Shown here one piece after another: positions 51,511 to 63,976 of a stretch of 64,000 nucleotides of DNA. Source of the DNA: Carcharhinus amblyrhynchos (taxonomy: Eukaryota); the NCBI GenBank assembly GCA_965287045.1, contig OZ336873.1, positions 72,912,001 through 72,976,000 of the forward strand, read 5' to 3'. The notes below the pieces were generated by a model. The model saw nothing but the letters and a program-made list of their open reading frames with translations. It was not told the DNA's origin and made no database searches. The number at the start of each line of letters is the position of its first letter. Positions within the stretch are counted from its first letter, which is position 1. Both the position numbers and the translations under genes were made by a program.

Positions 51511-52094
51511 ATAGGGCATTGGTGAGGCCGCAGCTGGAGTACTGTGTGCAGTTTTGGGCGCCGCACCTGCGCAAAGATATTTTGGCCTTGGAGGGAGTGC
51601 AGAGGAGGTTTACTAGGCTGATACCGGAGTTGAGGGGGTTGAGCTATGAGGAGAGGCTGAATAAACTGGGCTTGTACTCGTTAGAGTTTAGAAGAATGAG
51701 GGGAGATCTCATTGAGACGTATAAGATGATGAATGGGATGGATAGAATAGAGGTGGAGAGACACTTCCCGCTCAAAAAAGACAGTAGGACTAGGGGGCAC
51801 AGCCTCAAGATAAAAGTGGGGCGGTTTAGAACGGAGTTGAGGAGGAACTTCTTCACTCAAAGGGTGGTGAATCTCTGGAATTCTCTGCCCGTTGAAGTGG
51901 TGGAGGCTGCCTCGCTAAATATTTTTAAGACGCGGGTTGATGGGTTTTTGATAAGAGAGGGGATTAAGGGTTATGGGGAGAGGGCGGGAAAGTGGAACTG
52001 AGCAGCGACAGATCAGCCATGATCTTATTGAATGGCGGGGCAGGCTCGAAGGGCTAGATGGCCTACTCCTGCTCCTATTTCTTATGTTCTTATG
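51511..52094 (+). mobile_element. CR1 3' fragment (young subfamily), ORF2 C-terminus open
   Basis: ORF 51519-52001 VRPQLEYCVQFWAP...GYGERAGKWN* plus 3' UTR. Confidence 0.96.
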
Positions 52095-53064
52095 ATATAA
52101 AGAAAGCACTGTTTAAATGTAAAACACAAACTTTTTAATATACTCCTCCTACCATTGATTATAAGTGTGTTTTTGTTCAGTAATTTGTGTTAGCTAAAAA
52201 TTTTGTATTTCATTGCAGTTGGACAAAAGATTCAGTGTTAGATTGCTATTATTAATTTGCTATTTTGCAATGTTTTCTTTAATCCTAAGGAACTATTTAG
52301 AATACTAAGATAATAGCAGATATTACATTAAAACAACTCGTGTTTACTTCTCTTTATTCTCATTTTTAATTGTTTCTCCCTCTGTGTTTGAACGCATAAT
52401 GTATGTTGGGGAATTGTAGGGGAAAAATCTCAATTCATCCATTACATAATCAGTATCTTGGAACAAAGAACTTGCAATTCACATCCCCAAGACATCAGAT
52501 AGCCAGTGAATAACCTTTGAAGTATAGGCATCGCTGTCCTGTAGAAAAACTGTTCTACCCCAATTCTAAACAATTATTCATTTATATTTATGAACAAGTA
52601 TTCTCTAGGGTTGTGCATTATTGTCACAAACCCAATTTATTCTCCAACAGTTTCAGGACCTTGGTACATGCATTTCATCTGATTGCCTGTGGGTGGAGAC
52701 AGAGCCACAAATTTTCCATTCTTTTGGTGAATTACATTAACTATTTATAGTGATCTTAAAAAAAACCTTTTCTACAGTATGTCTGTTATTCCCAGCTTCC
52801 TGTGTAAAATTTTGTCCACTAATGCTTTAAATGTCGAGTCAATCAGTATTATGTTCTCACTGCAAAATTTCATCTCACTGAACCACACCCTACATTTCTG
52901 CAGTGCACCTCAAATGCTTGAATGCACCTTATGTTGAGCCTGAAGATTGGTAATATACAGTGTAACTGCTGTGTGTGGTTCACTTTGCACCAAAACAGCG
53001 ATGTTGTAAAGCCTGACCTTGCTGTAGAATTGATACTGACTGTGGAGTAATGTGACAGCAACAC

Positions 53065-53260
53065 TAATTTGCATTTATATAGCACCTTTAACATAAAATA
53101 GGATTTACAGCGATCTAATTTAAAGAAAGACACTGAGCTAGAAAAGCGGGTCTCTAGAGGAACTTGGTGGGGGCATATATGTGTGAGTAAAAGTTTAGTC
53201 CAAGGGAGTTGGGTTTAAGGAGCATCTGAAAGGAGGGCAGGCTTCAGGAAAGGAATTCCT
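53065..53260 (-). mobile_element. L2 3' fragment
   Basis: ttgcatttatatagcacctttaacataa tail and gggtttaaggagcatctgaaagg. Confidence 0.55.
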
Positions 53261-53464
53261 GAACCATCTTTGTTGCGAGTGCTTCAGAGTGACTTTGTAG
53301 TTGTGATGAAAATGGAACCCATTCAATCGTGAGTCTTATCCCTTTCTCACATTCTGAACATAGTGCCAATTTTCATTTGGGCAGATGAAGATAGATCAGT
53401 GTTTTTTATTGAACAACAGCAATTTATCATCAGCAATGTAATCATCCTGTAAGCCTGGATCAAT

Positions 53465-53770
53465 GGCATTACTCTTGCGTCTGAGTCAGAAGGTTATTGG
53501 TTCACTCCCTCCTCCAGGGACTTGGAGCAATTAATCTAGGCTGACATTTCAGTGTAGTAATGTAAGAGCATATTTTGTCCAAGATGTGAAACCGAGGCTT
53601 TGTTTTTCTGTTCAGATGGGTGTGAAAATAAACCCTGTAGCACTGGGGAATTCTCTTGGTATCCTGGATAATCATTTTTAAATTAATATCACCAATGCAG
53701 ATGAACTAATCATTTATCTGATTGCTTGTACAAATTAGCCACCTTGTTATTCTATATCCATGCTGACTCA
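53465..53770 (+). mobile_element. DeuSINE (SacSINE1-like), degenerate
   Basis: actcttgcgtctgagtcagaaggtt...tctaggctgacatttcagtgtagta...aaaccgaggc. Confidence 0.7.
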
Positions 53771-53897
53771 ATCAACTCTAATACAGACAGACTCTGAGGA
53801 TTTCTCCAAATTGTATCCTCTTGGCTCATCCAACTGTTGCGTCAATGGAGAAGTGTAATCTCTCAGTCTAGTTGAGATCAATTATTTGATTTGTAGT

Positions 53898-54538
53898 GGG
53901 AGACAATGGTGTTGTGGTAATGTCACTGGACTGGCAACCCATAAACCAATTGCTCTGAGGACACAGGTTCAAATTCCACCCTGGCAGCTAGTGCAATTTA
54001 AACTCCATTAATATAAAATCTGGATTCTGAATGCTGGCCTTAGCAATGATGACCATGGAATCATCAACAGTTGTAAAATCTCTTCCGCTTTGCAAATGTC
54101 CTTTTGAGGAAGGAAATCTGTAATCCTTACCTGTCTGGTGGCCTACCTGTGACTCCAAACCCTCAGCAGTATGCTTGACTGTTAACTGCCATGGAATAAT
54201 AGAGTCTCTACAGTGCAGAAAGAGGCCATTTAGCCCATTGAGCCTGCACTGACAACATTCCCACCCAGGCCCTATCCCCTTGTTACCCCACATATTTACC
54301 CTGCTAATCTCCCCAACACTAAGAGGCAATTGAGCATGGCCAATCAACCTAACCTCCACATCTTTGAACTGTGGGAAGAAAGTGGAGCATCCGGAGGAAA
54401 CCCATGTAGACGTGGAGAGAATGTGCAAACTCTGAAATGGCCCAGCAAGCCCCACAGTGCAAGAGTAGTTCGAGGTGGTCAACAATTGCTGGCCTTGTTG
54501 GCAACCCCTTCATCCCATGAAAGAATAAATAAAGAATA
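53898..54538 (+). mobile_element. tRNA-derived SINE (family of 7430-7790) split by HE1
   Basis: Head tgtggtaatgtcactggact...ggttcaaattcc; resumes tctgaaatggcccagcaagcc; tail catcccatgaaagaataaa. Confidence 0.8.
54192..54432 (-). mobile_element. HE1 SINE, 5'-truncated, nested
   Basis: ctacagtgcagaaagaggccatttagcccatt...gcatggccaatcaacctaacc...gagaatgtgcaaactc. Confidence 0.9.
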
Positions 54539-54979
54539 AATTTAAAAATTAAAATTTTTATTGCTGTTATTTCAATACGGATTCTGTGAAAATGTTGTTC
54601 CAGTTAGCGGTTTTCACTTGGATTAAACTGACTCTCTCACTTGAGCAGCAAGCACAAGTTAAATTGCTCTACCAATGGGATTGTGGAGCTGAACAAAGCA
54701 ATTTGAAACTTAGCTGCGGTAGCGCAACCAAATTTTAACACGAGTCAAAACTTGCATTCTGCAGAGGTGGAGTGCAAGTCTAAGCTCACGTTGTGACAGT
54801 TAAAGTGTGGCGGTTAAAGACTGGCAGTTGAGCTCTGACAGTTGACCCTTGGGAATTGAAGAGTATGGAGGTCTTTGTTGTTTTCCTTTGTATATCGTCT
54901 GCTATGAATAAATAATTCCATTAAGTTCACCTGCCAAGTAATTGTAGAACCTCACAATTATTACAATAATAATAGATTT

Positions 54980-55700
54980 AATGGAGCATTTAAACAGGAC
55001 CGAGGGGCAAAAGGAGAGGTTGACGGAGAGAAATCTGTTGCTTGGAGATGAGACATCTGAGGGACCGCTTATTGTGTGGTGAAGGATATGTAAGAGACTC
55101 ATTGGAGAAGTGCAGAGATCTGTAAAGGTTGCAGAGCTAGAAGAGGTTTTAGAGACAGAGAGGGACAAGGATTTGAACATAAATTAAGAATTTTGAATTC
55201 AGAGCAATGCTAGGCAGAAACTAGTCTAGGTCAGTGAGCACGGGCAGTGGCTGAACAGGACTTTGTAAAACTTAGGATACAAGCAGCAGAATTTTGGACG
55301 AACTGAAATCTGCAGATGATGGAAGATGGAGGAGTGGCATTGAAGGAGGTTGGTGTGGTTCACTGTGCCAAAACTTGCAGGTCTGTCAAGAAAAGTAAGG
55401 AAGGTTAGTTTACTACAGTCACTGCATTGGATTTCATCTGTGGCTTTGAGGATCATTTTGACACTGACAGGATGGAAACCTGATTTGAATGATTCGAAAG
55501 TGGAATTGGAGGAAAGATAAAATCAGATTTTGGAGGTGGCAATATGTGCAAGAACTCTGAAAAGGGACTAGAGGTTAGCAGTGATCTGATCATTTGCAGC
55601 GACAGATGTCAAAGGTGGTGTTTTCTTTTAAGTGGAATATAATGATGACAGAGTTACAAAGGAGAGGCAAAGTGCCAGAGATGATACCATTAGCAGCATT
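54980..55700 (-). mobile_element. L2 LINE fragments
   Basis: LTFLDRPASFGTVNHTNLLQ, a degraded LDLSAAFDTVDH motif. Confidence 0.6.
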
Positions 55701-57569
55701 AGATAGTGGAGTAAGACCTACGCATCGTCTTTACCTGAGGGGTCGAGAAGTATGTGACATGCCACATCCTCATGAATAACTTCAAGTACGCTTGGAGAAG
55801 TTGGTGACATGTAAAGCAGCTGGGACTTCATATTTACACCCTAGTTCCAAATTTTAACCTGGTTTTCAACAGTTTAGATTCTGAAGTACACAAGGTTGTC
55901 AAGATGGTCTCATAACACCACAAGACACCATAAAGCTTCAAGCTGATTTAAGAAGCACCAAATCTGATCCCATTTAGGAATTAATGTTGACATTCCCTAA
56001 TGAGCTCTATTTATTTGGGCAACAGTAAATATCTGTATTGTGTTATGAATTGACTATCATGCTGATATTTCCAGAGGAGAAATGTTTTATTCGGGAAGGG
56101 TTTCTTGTTTGTATTTTGTTCATTTCCTTCCAAGTAATGTGGAGATGTCTGCTGGCAAAGTAACCCTGAGAACAATGGAGACATAATTCCGGAAGGCAGA
56201 AGTAAAAGCGAAGAGAAGGGGTGTCATATAAGGGAGCTGGGGGTCTGCCATTTTTGGCCACCTGTATGTTCGAAGAAACTGTTGGAATACATTAGTGGAG
56301 GATGAAATTCAGTCAGAAAATATATTTGGTTTTTGAATTGAATACCAAACTTGCGTGAATCAAGCAGAGGTTTGCTGTTTGTTATAGCCGTGGCACTGAC
56401 TTAGCAGATAAAACACATCTTGAGCCGTAGGGATATGTGCTGAAATTGTCCTAAAATTTTTTCAATTCTTCTAAATCCCTTTGCTTCCCAAAAAAAGTGA
56501 AATCTGGTTAATTTGATTATTTTTTGAACTGAGTGCAGTAAGCCTTTATTATGCCCTGCCTGTCTGACCCAAGATCATTCCTTGAAAATCAAAACCATTT
56601 CAAGTATTCCCTTGGGTGGGATGTAGTATGATTACATTTCAATATTAAACAATTACTGTTTTGCTACAGTTGTAACCCTGTGTGTGGAGCAGACTTTACC
56701 TCTTTAGGGTTTCCCCCAAATATCACGGAAGAATAAATTCACCGGTTCTGCTCTCCTGGCAGAGAGCCACACTCAGAAGGAATGCAAATCGGAGTGTTGG
56801 TAATAGAATTGTTATTTGTTCCTGGATTTATTGCTATCTCTTGTCTCTCTGGGAAGCCCTCTTCTTGAACCCTTGCAGCTCTCATCGTGATTCCACCATG
56901 CTGATTGATACAGTATTACAGGAGTTTGCCCCAGCAATGATAATGAACCGGTGACATGTGCCCAAGTCCAGGTGCTGAGTGATTTGAATAATTTTCCCAT
57001 GATTTTGCTGCTCCTGTCCTTTGGGATGGTAGAAGCTGTAGAGCTTGGAAAGGGTTGTTGAATAAGCTTATCTGGTGTCAATTTGCAGTGAGGCTATGAA
57101 ATAGTATCTCCATATGTTTAGTTCATTTTTATGCCATGTTGCATTGAGAGGCAACATCATGACTCAAATCGCCATTAGTGATTATCTTCACAAATGAACA
57201 TAAATTAATTTTTGGGCAATTATTTTTAGCTTTCTACTGTCTTCCCTGCAGTGTACCATATAAAATTTCATACTGCAAGTGCTGGAAGGAATGGCAGTCA
57301 TTTTTATATATATATTGAAACACACGCTCAGTTAAGTTTGAGCAAAACATTAACTTGATTTTTTCTTTACAAATACTTACTAATCTCTGTTCTTTCAGTA
57401 TTTTGTGTAGTTTATTAGCATTTTATTGTGTTGTTCATTTTCAGTGCATATTGTAATTTTGTTCTTTCTGATAGCACACTACATGATTAATCAATTATAT
57501 ATCAGAAAGCAAAATGTCAAGGATGCTGTATATCTGAAGTGAAAGCAAGTCTATCATATCTGCATGTAA

Positions 57570-58015
57570 TGTCTTCGAGAGCCTGCAGTAGAAAAGGCGA
57601 TGGTGGATCTTTTTGGATGGTTCTTCGAGTAGTCTGTCAGATTCATTTGATGCTTGGCTGGTGGTGCTAAGTGTCCACCATGTCTGATCCTTCATGTGCA
57701 TCTGGAATCTTGGTGTTTGCTGCGTGCTGTCCTTGAGGCAACACGGTAGGGAAGACAGTGTCACCCACCTCCTTTTAAAATGTGCCTTTGCACAGCTAAT
57801 CTGGACAAAGATGCAGTAATTTTTGCTAAGGTTCTTCTCAAGCAGCTCTGTGATGCAGTACTCTGTTATACGAGCTATTCCCGGGGATACATATCAAGGC
57901 AAACATCAATTGTAGCTAGATGATCATCAACTCGGTGAAAGGTGCTCTTTGGTCTACCCAAAAATTGCTGTTCTTCCAGCGGAAAGAGTTGTTGCAAACC
58001 GATGTGTTCCGAATT
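57570..58015 (+). mobile_element. Tx1/L1-clade ORF2 C-terminal remnant
   Basis: AWLVV, VTHLLLKCAFAQLIW (zinc-knuckle region), IINSVKGALWSTQKLLFFQRKEL. Confidence 0.75.
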
Positions 58016-58117
58016 CCAGATCTGTATGCAGAATGGCGCACTTTGCTTGGAAAACTGGCCCCAGTGGGGAAAACGATGCCAATAAAGGTCCACCTATTAT
58101 GTTACAGCAAGGAGTGT

Positions 58118-58428
58118 GGGGCGGCACGGTAGCACAGTGGTTAGCACTGCTGCTTCACAGCTCCAGGGACCTGTGTTTGATTCCCGGCTTGGGTCACTGT
58201 GTGGAGTTTGCAATTTTTCTTGTGTCTGCGTGGATTTCCTCCCACAGTCCAAAGATGTGTGGGTTACATTGATTGGCCGTGCTAAAATTGCTCCTTAGTT
58301 CCTGAGATGCGTAGGTTAGAGGGATTAGCGGGTAAATATGTCGGGATATGAGAGTAGGGCCTGGGTGGGATTGTGGTCGCTGGGCCAAATGGCCTGTTTC
58401 TGCAATGTATGGTTTCTATTGTTCTATG
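58118..58428 (+). mobile_element. HE1 SINE, near full length with internal deletions
   Basis: ggcggcacggtagcacagtggttagcactgctgc box A, gtttgattccc box B, V-domain, CR1-type tail ttctattgttctatg. Confidence 0.95.
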
Positions 58429-58967
58429 GAATCGGAAACTATATAACCTTTCAGACAGTTTCTTTGTCATGAGATAAAGCTTGTAAATATCCCATATCCC
58501 ATATGCAACTGCAATAGTATTGGGGCACCACAGAGTGCCACATGCTGCATGGAAAGAATACAAAATTTCAGTAATGCCCAACGTGAACTTTTACGAAATG
58601 ACATTTCAAAATCTGGAAGTATCTTAGACCAGCACACATGGATGGCATGGTCAGTGTTCATTCTGGTTCAATACTTTTTTTATTGTTGTAGTTACTGAAC
58701 AAAATACCTGCTTTTTTTGTATCTAGATTGTACTAAATGGTATTTTTAAAGCTGGAAAAAGCAGCACTAAATCTATTGGTGTATTTACACCCATTGTCCT
58801 GACCCCTTTCCTTTGCAGCCTCGCATCCTCACCTGCATTCCTGCAATTGTTTTTTCCTCAAAGTATTTTTTACCCAGTTCACTTTTGAACTTTCCTCTTT
58901 AATCTTTTTCTACCACCTTAGCAGCAATTATGAAGCTATCTGTCACCCAGTTGGAAAACTGAGTGTA

Positions 58968-59175
58968 TCCCACAGTCTAAAGATGTACAGACTAGGTGGA
59001 TTGGCCAGTCAAAATTGTCCCAGGGTCCCAAAATGTGTAGGATAGGGGGATTATTTGGGTAAATGCACAGAGTTGTGGGGATAAAGTGGTGTTCCTGGGT
59101 AAGATGATCTGTTGGAGAGTTGGTACAGAGATGATGGGCCAAATAGCTTCCTACTGCACTGTAGGAATTTTTTTT
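58968..59175 (+). mobile_element. HE1-like SINE 3' half, older
   Basis: cccacagtctaaagatgtacagactaggtggattggcc...gatgggccaaatagcttcctactgcactgtagg. Confidence 0.75.
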
Positions 59176-59961
59176 CAATGTTTCGATAAACTCCAGATTC
59201 CTAAATGTATACATTCAACAGGACTACTCAAGCAGCTCCTGTACCATTTCCTGCCAGCACTTCTAACAGGTTTGGAACAACCTTGTCATGTCTCAGTTTC
59301 CACGTTTAGGTAAATGATTAGCATTTTTCTGGTATACTAATTGTGTGGGTAGTTTTTGCCATATCCCCTTACATATTCCAATCCATTTATAGCAAATCCA
59401 GTCACAAACCTATTCTACACACAGGACTCATTTTCTCTCACACTGGGCTTCCAGCCACCTTTACTTTTCTGACAGTTTTTAGGTTTTGTGTTTGCCAAGC
59501 TTGCATCTTGAGAGGAATCGATTCTGTAGGCTCTTCACGCCACCTGCTTTCCTCCCCCCAAGGCTTCCTGCTGTCTAAATAGTTCCCATCCAAGTGTTAG
59601 AAAGGACTACAAGCTCTGGGTTTCAATATTCACAGTTCCCTTCCCCTCTCCCAAAACAAATCAGTAATTTAAACAGTCTACTTGGCTCATGCTATATAAA
59701 AGTATTGGGAAAGAATAGTAATAAATCAAATGTCATGCAGTATTAAAATAATAAAATATTTAATTTTATTGTGAAACTTGGTAAACGATTTGCTGATTTA
59801 TGGGGGGGGGGGGGGTAAGCATTCAGGAGGGTCATCTGCCTTGTATGAGCTGCTGATCAGCAGTTGTTAAAAGCTGAGCTGGTGCGGGGAGAAGCTGCAG
59901 TGTTAATGAATTCCTTCACACGTTAGGTCTGAGACCTCACAGTACCCTCTCACTGAAATTT

Positions 59962-60290
59962 ATCACAGAATTGTTTCAGCACAGAAGGAGGCCATTCTGC
60001 TCATCATGTCGGCACCAGCTCTCCAAATGATTGAATGCTTCAGTTGAATCTGCCTCTACTACCCTCAGGCAGTGCATTCCAGACTCAACCACTAGCTGTG
60101 TGAAAAAAAAGGTTTTCCTCATGTCATTTTTGCTTCTTTAGCCAATTATTTTAAATCTGTGCCGCCTTGTTCGCAATCCTTTCATGAGTGGGAACAATTT
60201 CTCCCAATCTATTCTATCCTGACTCATAATTTGAAACACTTCTATCAAATTTCCTCTCAGCCTCCTCCAAGGAAAACAGTGCCAACTTTA
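59962..60290 (-). mobile_element. Old CR1 3' fragment
   Basis: cagcacagaaggaggccattc tail; ggcagtgcattccagactcaaccact. Confidence 0.75.
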
Positions 60291-60559
60291 AACCGGGCTG
60301 CAGACTCCAATCTACCTTGCTCAACAATAGGTTATAATCAGAGATTCACATCTGAGTATGAGCTGGAATAGCTTATTAATGAACCACTTAGCACAACACA
60401 AAAGAGAAGAGGTTTTAGACTGAGACAAATAATCTTTTTTTAGGCATGTAACCTCTTGCTCTTCGGAATCTCTAGACTCCCTTGCTCTTCTTCAAGAGAA
60501 TTAACTTTGGCATAAAATATTGCGGTGCAGCAACAACTTTTCAGTTTTTATGCTGTTGA

Positions 60560-60850
60560 GGGATAGGGTTATGTAGCCTGGTAGTTAGCTAGCAATCCAG
60601 AAGTCATGAATTCAAATCCCAGAATTGCAAGTTCTTCAATTAAATTGAATAAAGTTTGCAATTTATGGGCCAGTACCAGCCAGATAGAGTGGTTTTACTC
60701 CAGCTCAGTCACTGATATCTTTCAGGGAAGAGAACCTTCCAACTCTATCCAGTCTGCCTGAAATGTAATGACAGCATTAGTCTATGGTTGTCTTTTGATG
60801 TTCTCCTTGGGATGGCTATTTAATCTTGCCTTTCCATGTTTTAAAGCAAA
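60560..60850 (+). mobile_element. Degenerate tRNA-derived SINE
   Basis: aattcaaatccc box B and ctttcagggaagagaacc core. Confidence 0.45.
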
Positions 60851-61182
60851 TAATGAAAGAAGTCATCATCGGTTGATGCGGGTGTCGTAATCTCATACAA
60901 GAAAAGATGGGATAGCTGTAGAATTGTAGAATCTGATTTACAAGGCAAAGTCAGCCTCATTTGTAATTTTTACTTAAAGCTTAAACCAAGCACAATATTT
61001 CTCTAAGTTTCAATGGGAAGTTTCAAGATCAAAACCTAAGTTTTAGTAAATGGTCATAACCTGCAATTTGATTATTTTAAAACTATACTTATGTAATAAA
61101 AAAAAGGACCAGTATGGTGACCCAAATTGATTTCATTGTGGTTTTGGAACTGGAGTGCACAAATCCTTTGGAGATGGGAGTA

Positions 61183-61526
61183 CAAGTCAAGTATCCTTCA
61201 TCTGTAATCCTTGGGGCAAACTGCATTTTGGTATTCAGGTATTTTCAGTTTTCGGATCTAAACGTATGTAATAGGCCGAGGTGTACTTTCATTATAATAA
61301 CTCATGCTAGCTATAGACTACAAATGTTAGATTGATCCTCCATTTCCCAACTCTCACCCTACTTCTTACCTGCAAACACTTACTATACCTGTAATGTAAT
61401 GTTACATTGTTTTATTTACATACAAATTAACTGCATAGCCATTCAAAAAAGACATTTGGCTTTTAAATGTAGGTGGTTCTTGAATGTAATTAGTTTTCAG
61501 GTATACAGATATGGATATTTGAATTG
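61183..61526. mobile_element. Possible Tigger/pogo-type MITE remnant
   Basis: TA then caagtcaagtatccttcatctgtaatccttgggg, with an imperfect inverted match tacagatatggatatttgaattg. Confidence 0.35.
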
Positions 61527-62269
61527 CGAGGTGAAAAAGAGATTGAAGTTCACCTGGTTCCCCTTAGTTTTCCTCCCAAATTTTATATCAGTTTTCATAT
61601 GCATGCATTTCTGTTTTGCAAGTAAAATTCTGATTTCAAGTAGTTCTTTTAAAGTCTACATTGACTTATTTAGGGATGGGGTTGTAATTTATATTCCTGT
61701 CTATGGAACTTCAATGGGAGTAGGTATCACAAATTTTCTGGCCACAATTGTGGGAGGCTTGTACCTGAATTCCCAATAATTACCCTTTGAGAGCTGGAGT
61801 GCCACTGCAGCAATGTGAATCATGAAATTATGCCTTATGTGATAAGTTTGCTATAGTGAAAACTGCTCATCAATTCAGTTGACAGTGCTACTTTCACACA
61901 TACTTGTTTTGTCTTTACTTTGTGGAAGGTACATTAGCAGAAATGTACTTTTTATGGATCCTTATAAAACTGTGCCTATTATAGCCTCGGGAAATGTAAC
62001 ACGTTGTCATGATTTTGCTATGTGAATTGAATTTACAAACAGCTTGGTGCAAAGTGGAAGGTAATAGCATAATTGAACTTTAACAAATTTGTATAGATTA
62101 GAGTGCAGTAACCCTCCCTCAATTTTAATCACTTTAGATATATTAGTTGACAGATATTCAATGCATAGTTTTCATTGTAACAGTATCTCTATTAGAACCA
62201 GCCCTGCGTTAATTGCCGTGATCTCATCTCGAAAGATCAGATCTACAGCTGGGACTTGTAGAATTGCAA

Positions 62270-62630
62270 CATCAGAGTCCATCCAGCCCATTAGGCACAA
62301 GGTCCATGCCCTGGTCCTGCTCTTTGCCCAAAGTTTTCCTCCTTTAGATAGAGATCCAATTCCTTTTTAGAAGTTACTATTGCCTTTGCTTCCACCATCC
62401 TTTCAGGTGATACATTCCAAAACATTACAGCTCATTTCCTCAAAAGACAATCAACCCCTGGCACTTTTTGCTAATTATTTTAAAGTTCTGTCCTCTGCTT
62501 GTCAATTCTCCTTGCTCTCTCAAAAGCAACATAAATTTTGAGCACCTTTATTCAATCTCCCCTTAACCTCTGCTCTGAGTAGAATAATGCCACACTTCTC
62601 TAGTCTCTCCAGATAATTGAAGCCCATTTT
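62270..62630 (-). mobile_element. Very old CR1 3' fragment
   Basis: ccatccagccca tail, ttccaccatcctttcaggtgatacattcc, aatctccccttaacctc. Confidence 0.6.
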
Positions 62631-63465
62631 ATTAATGAAGCCACATTTCCCAAGTGTCATCATGAGGGATTTTTCTTTGATTTTGGAATATTTAGTTCAG
62701 TTTCCCCGTGCTGCTGATTTTAAACTGGCATCACCTCAATGAAATACGCACAATCAAAATTGCACAGAATAGCCACTGTAATGATGCACCATTACAGTTG
62801 TAATCTATGTCAGGGGCTTTTAGGCTGTCAGTTTGGGCAAGAAAAAGCTATTGCAGAAATGTCCTTGCTGTTTTCCATATCTGATGGAGTGCATTTACAC
62901 CACATTAAGTGCCCATGCCAAATGGTTTCAGTTGTGCACCATTAAACTTGTGCACTGTAAATCTCCTGTTAAGGTCTGAACTGACTTTGATGTCAGGATT
63001 TAAAGCACACTTACACTATAGCTGCAGTGTTTGTGTAGACCGAGTGCAGTCATCACCAATAACAGAATTATTGTGTAAATGCACTTCAAGTGCAAGACTG
63101 TGGACAGTTTAACTTTGTAATGATTCGCTAAGACTGTAACATAATTGTGTGTCTTGTGTTTGTCTGGATGAGAAAAACATTTCTCTTGGGACAAGTTGCA
63201 GATTAAAATGTGCCTGTTATTTGCAGTTTTCATTTCACTGCAGATAAGGAAGTGTAGTGTTTCAAATTAGTTGCTTATGATCTAATGTTAATAAAGATAT
63301 TCTGACTATTTAAAGATGAAACAACCGTGAAGGTTTTGAAACACTGGCATAGAATATTCTGAAGTAGGTTGCAGTCCCTTTCAAAGGGATGCAAACAGCA
63401 ATCATTTTTCTTTAAAGGAAAGAGGCTGGTCAAATATTAATATATTGCTCTCCAGGCTCTTGCTT

Positions 63466-63597
63466 ATGAAACGGCGTGCCCTGAATGTTATTAGAGATTC
63501 TTATCTATTGCCAGCACCTGGGATCACTAGCAGAAGAACGGAGTCCCAGGTGGCCACCTGCTTGACCAACTGCTCTGACACAACTTCAAGTGGTTGA
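63466..63597 (+). CDS. uORF, 43 aa
   Basis: MKRRALNVIRDSYLLPAPGITSRRTESQVATCLTNCSDTTSSG*, starting 10 nt into the exon. Confidence 0.5.
   Translation: MKRRALNVIRDSYLLPAPGITSRRTESQVATCLTNCSDTTSSG
63485..63565 (+). CDS. Nested out-of-frame uORF, 26 aa
   Basis: MLLEILIYCQHLGSLAEERSPRWPPA*. Confidence 0.35.
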   Translation: MLLEILIYCQHLGSLAEERSPRWPPA

Positions 63598-63976
63598 TGA
63601 GGTATTTGAGAGCCGTTGAATTGGATCGTTAACAGCGCTGCTGAGTGTGACTGCTGGAACATACTGCAAACGAATCCCGGTTCCCCGCAGAAGATACAGA
63701 ATTTGAGAGTCATGCAGTACAGCACGTTGTAAAATACTCGGGTGTTTGAGTGTGGTGCTTAGCAAGGAGTATGGGGGAAATAAAAGCACACTGACAGCAG
63801 ACAGTAGACGGGCATCCAGGAAATTGCATCATTTCTGATTTTTTGACATCTTGGACTCTGCATTATGGCTGTGATGGACTGTTAGAATGGGAAAGGGTTT
63901 TTATCATTATAGCATTGAAGCTATATTTGGATGGAGCTTTTACAGGAGAAAATCAGGCTGCTGAATTTGTTTCCTG

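Noticed and set aside
58118-58190. tRNA-like box A and box B sequences (also near 12800, 20820 and 53900)
   Set aside because: SINE heads followed by SINE bodies, not tRNA genes.
63501-63789. Minus-strand ORFs over the leader exon
   Set aside because: Splice signal and recalled homology point to the + strand; no recognisable protein.
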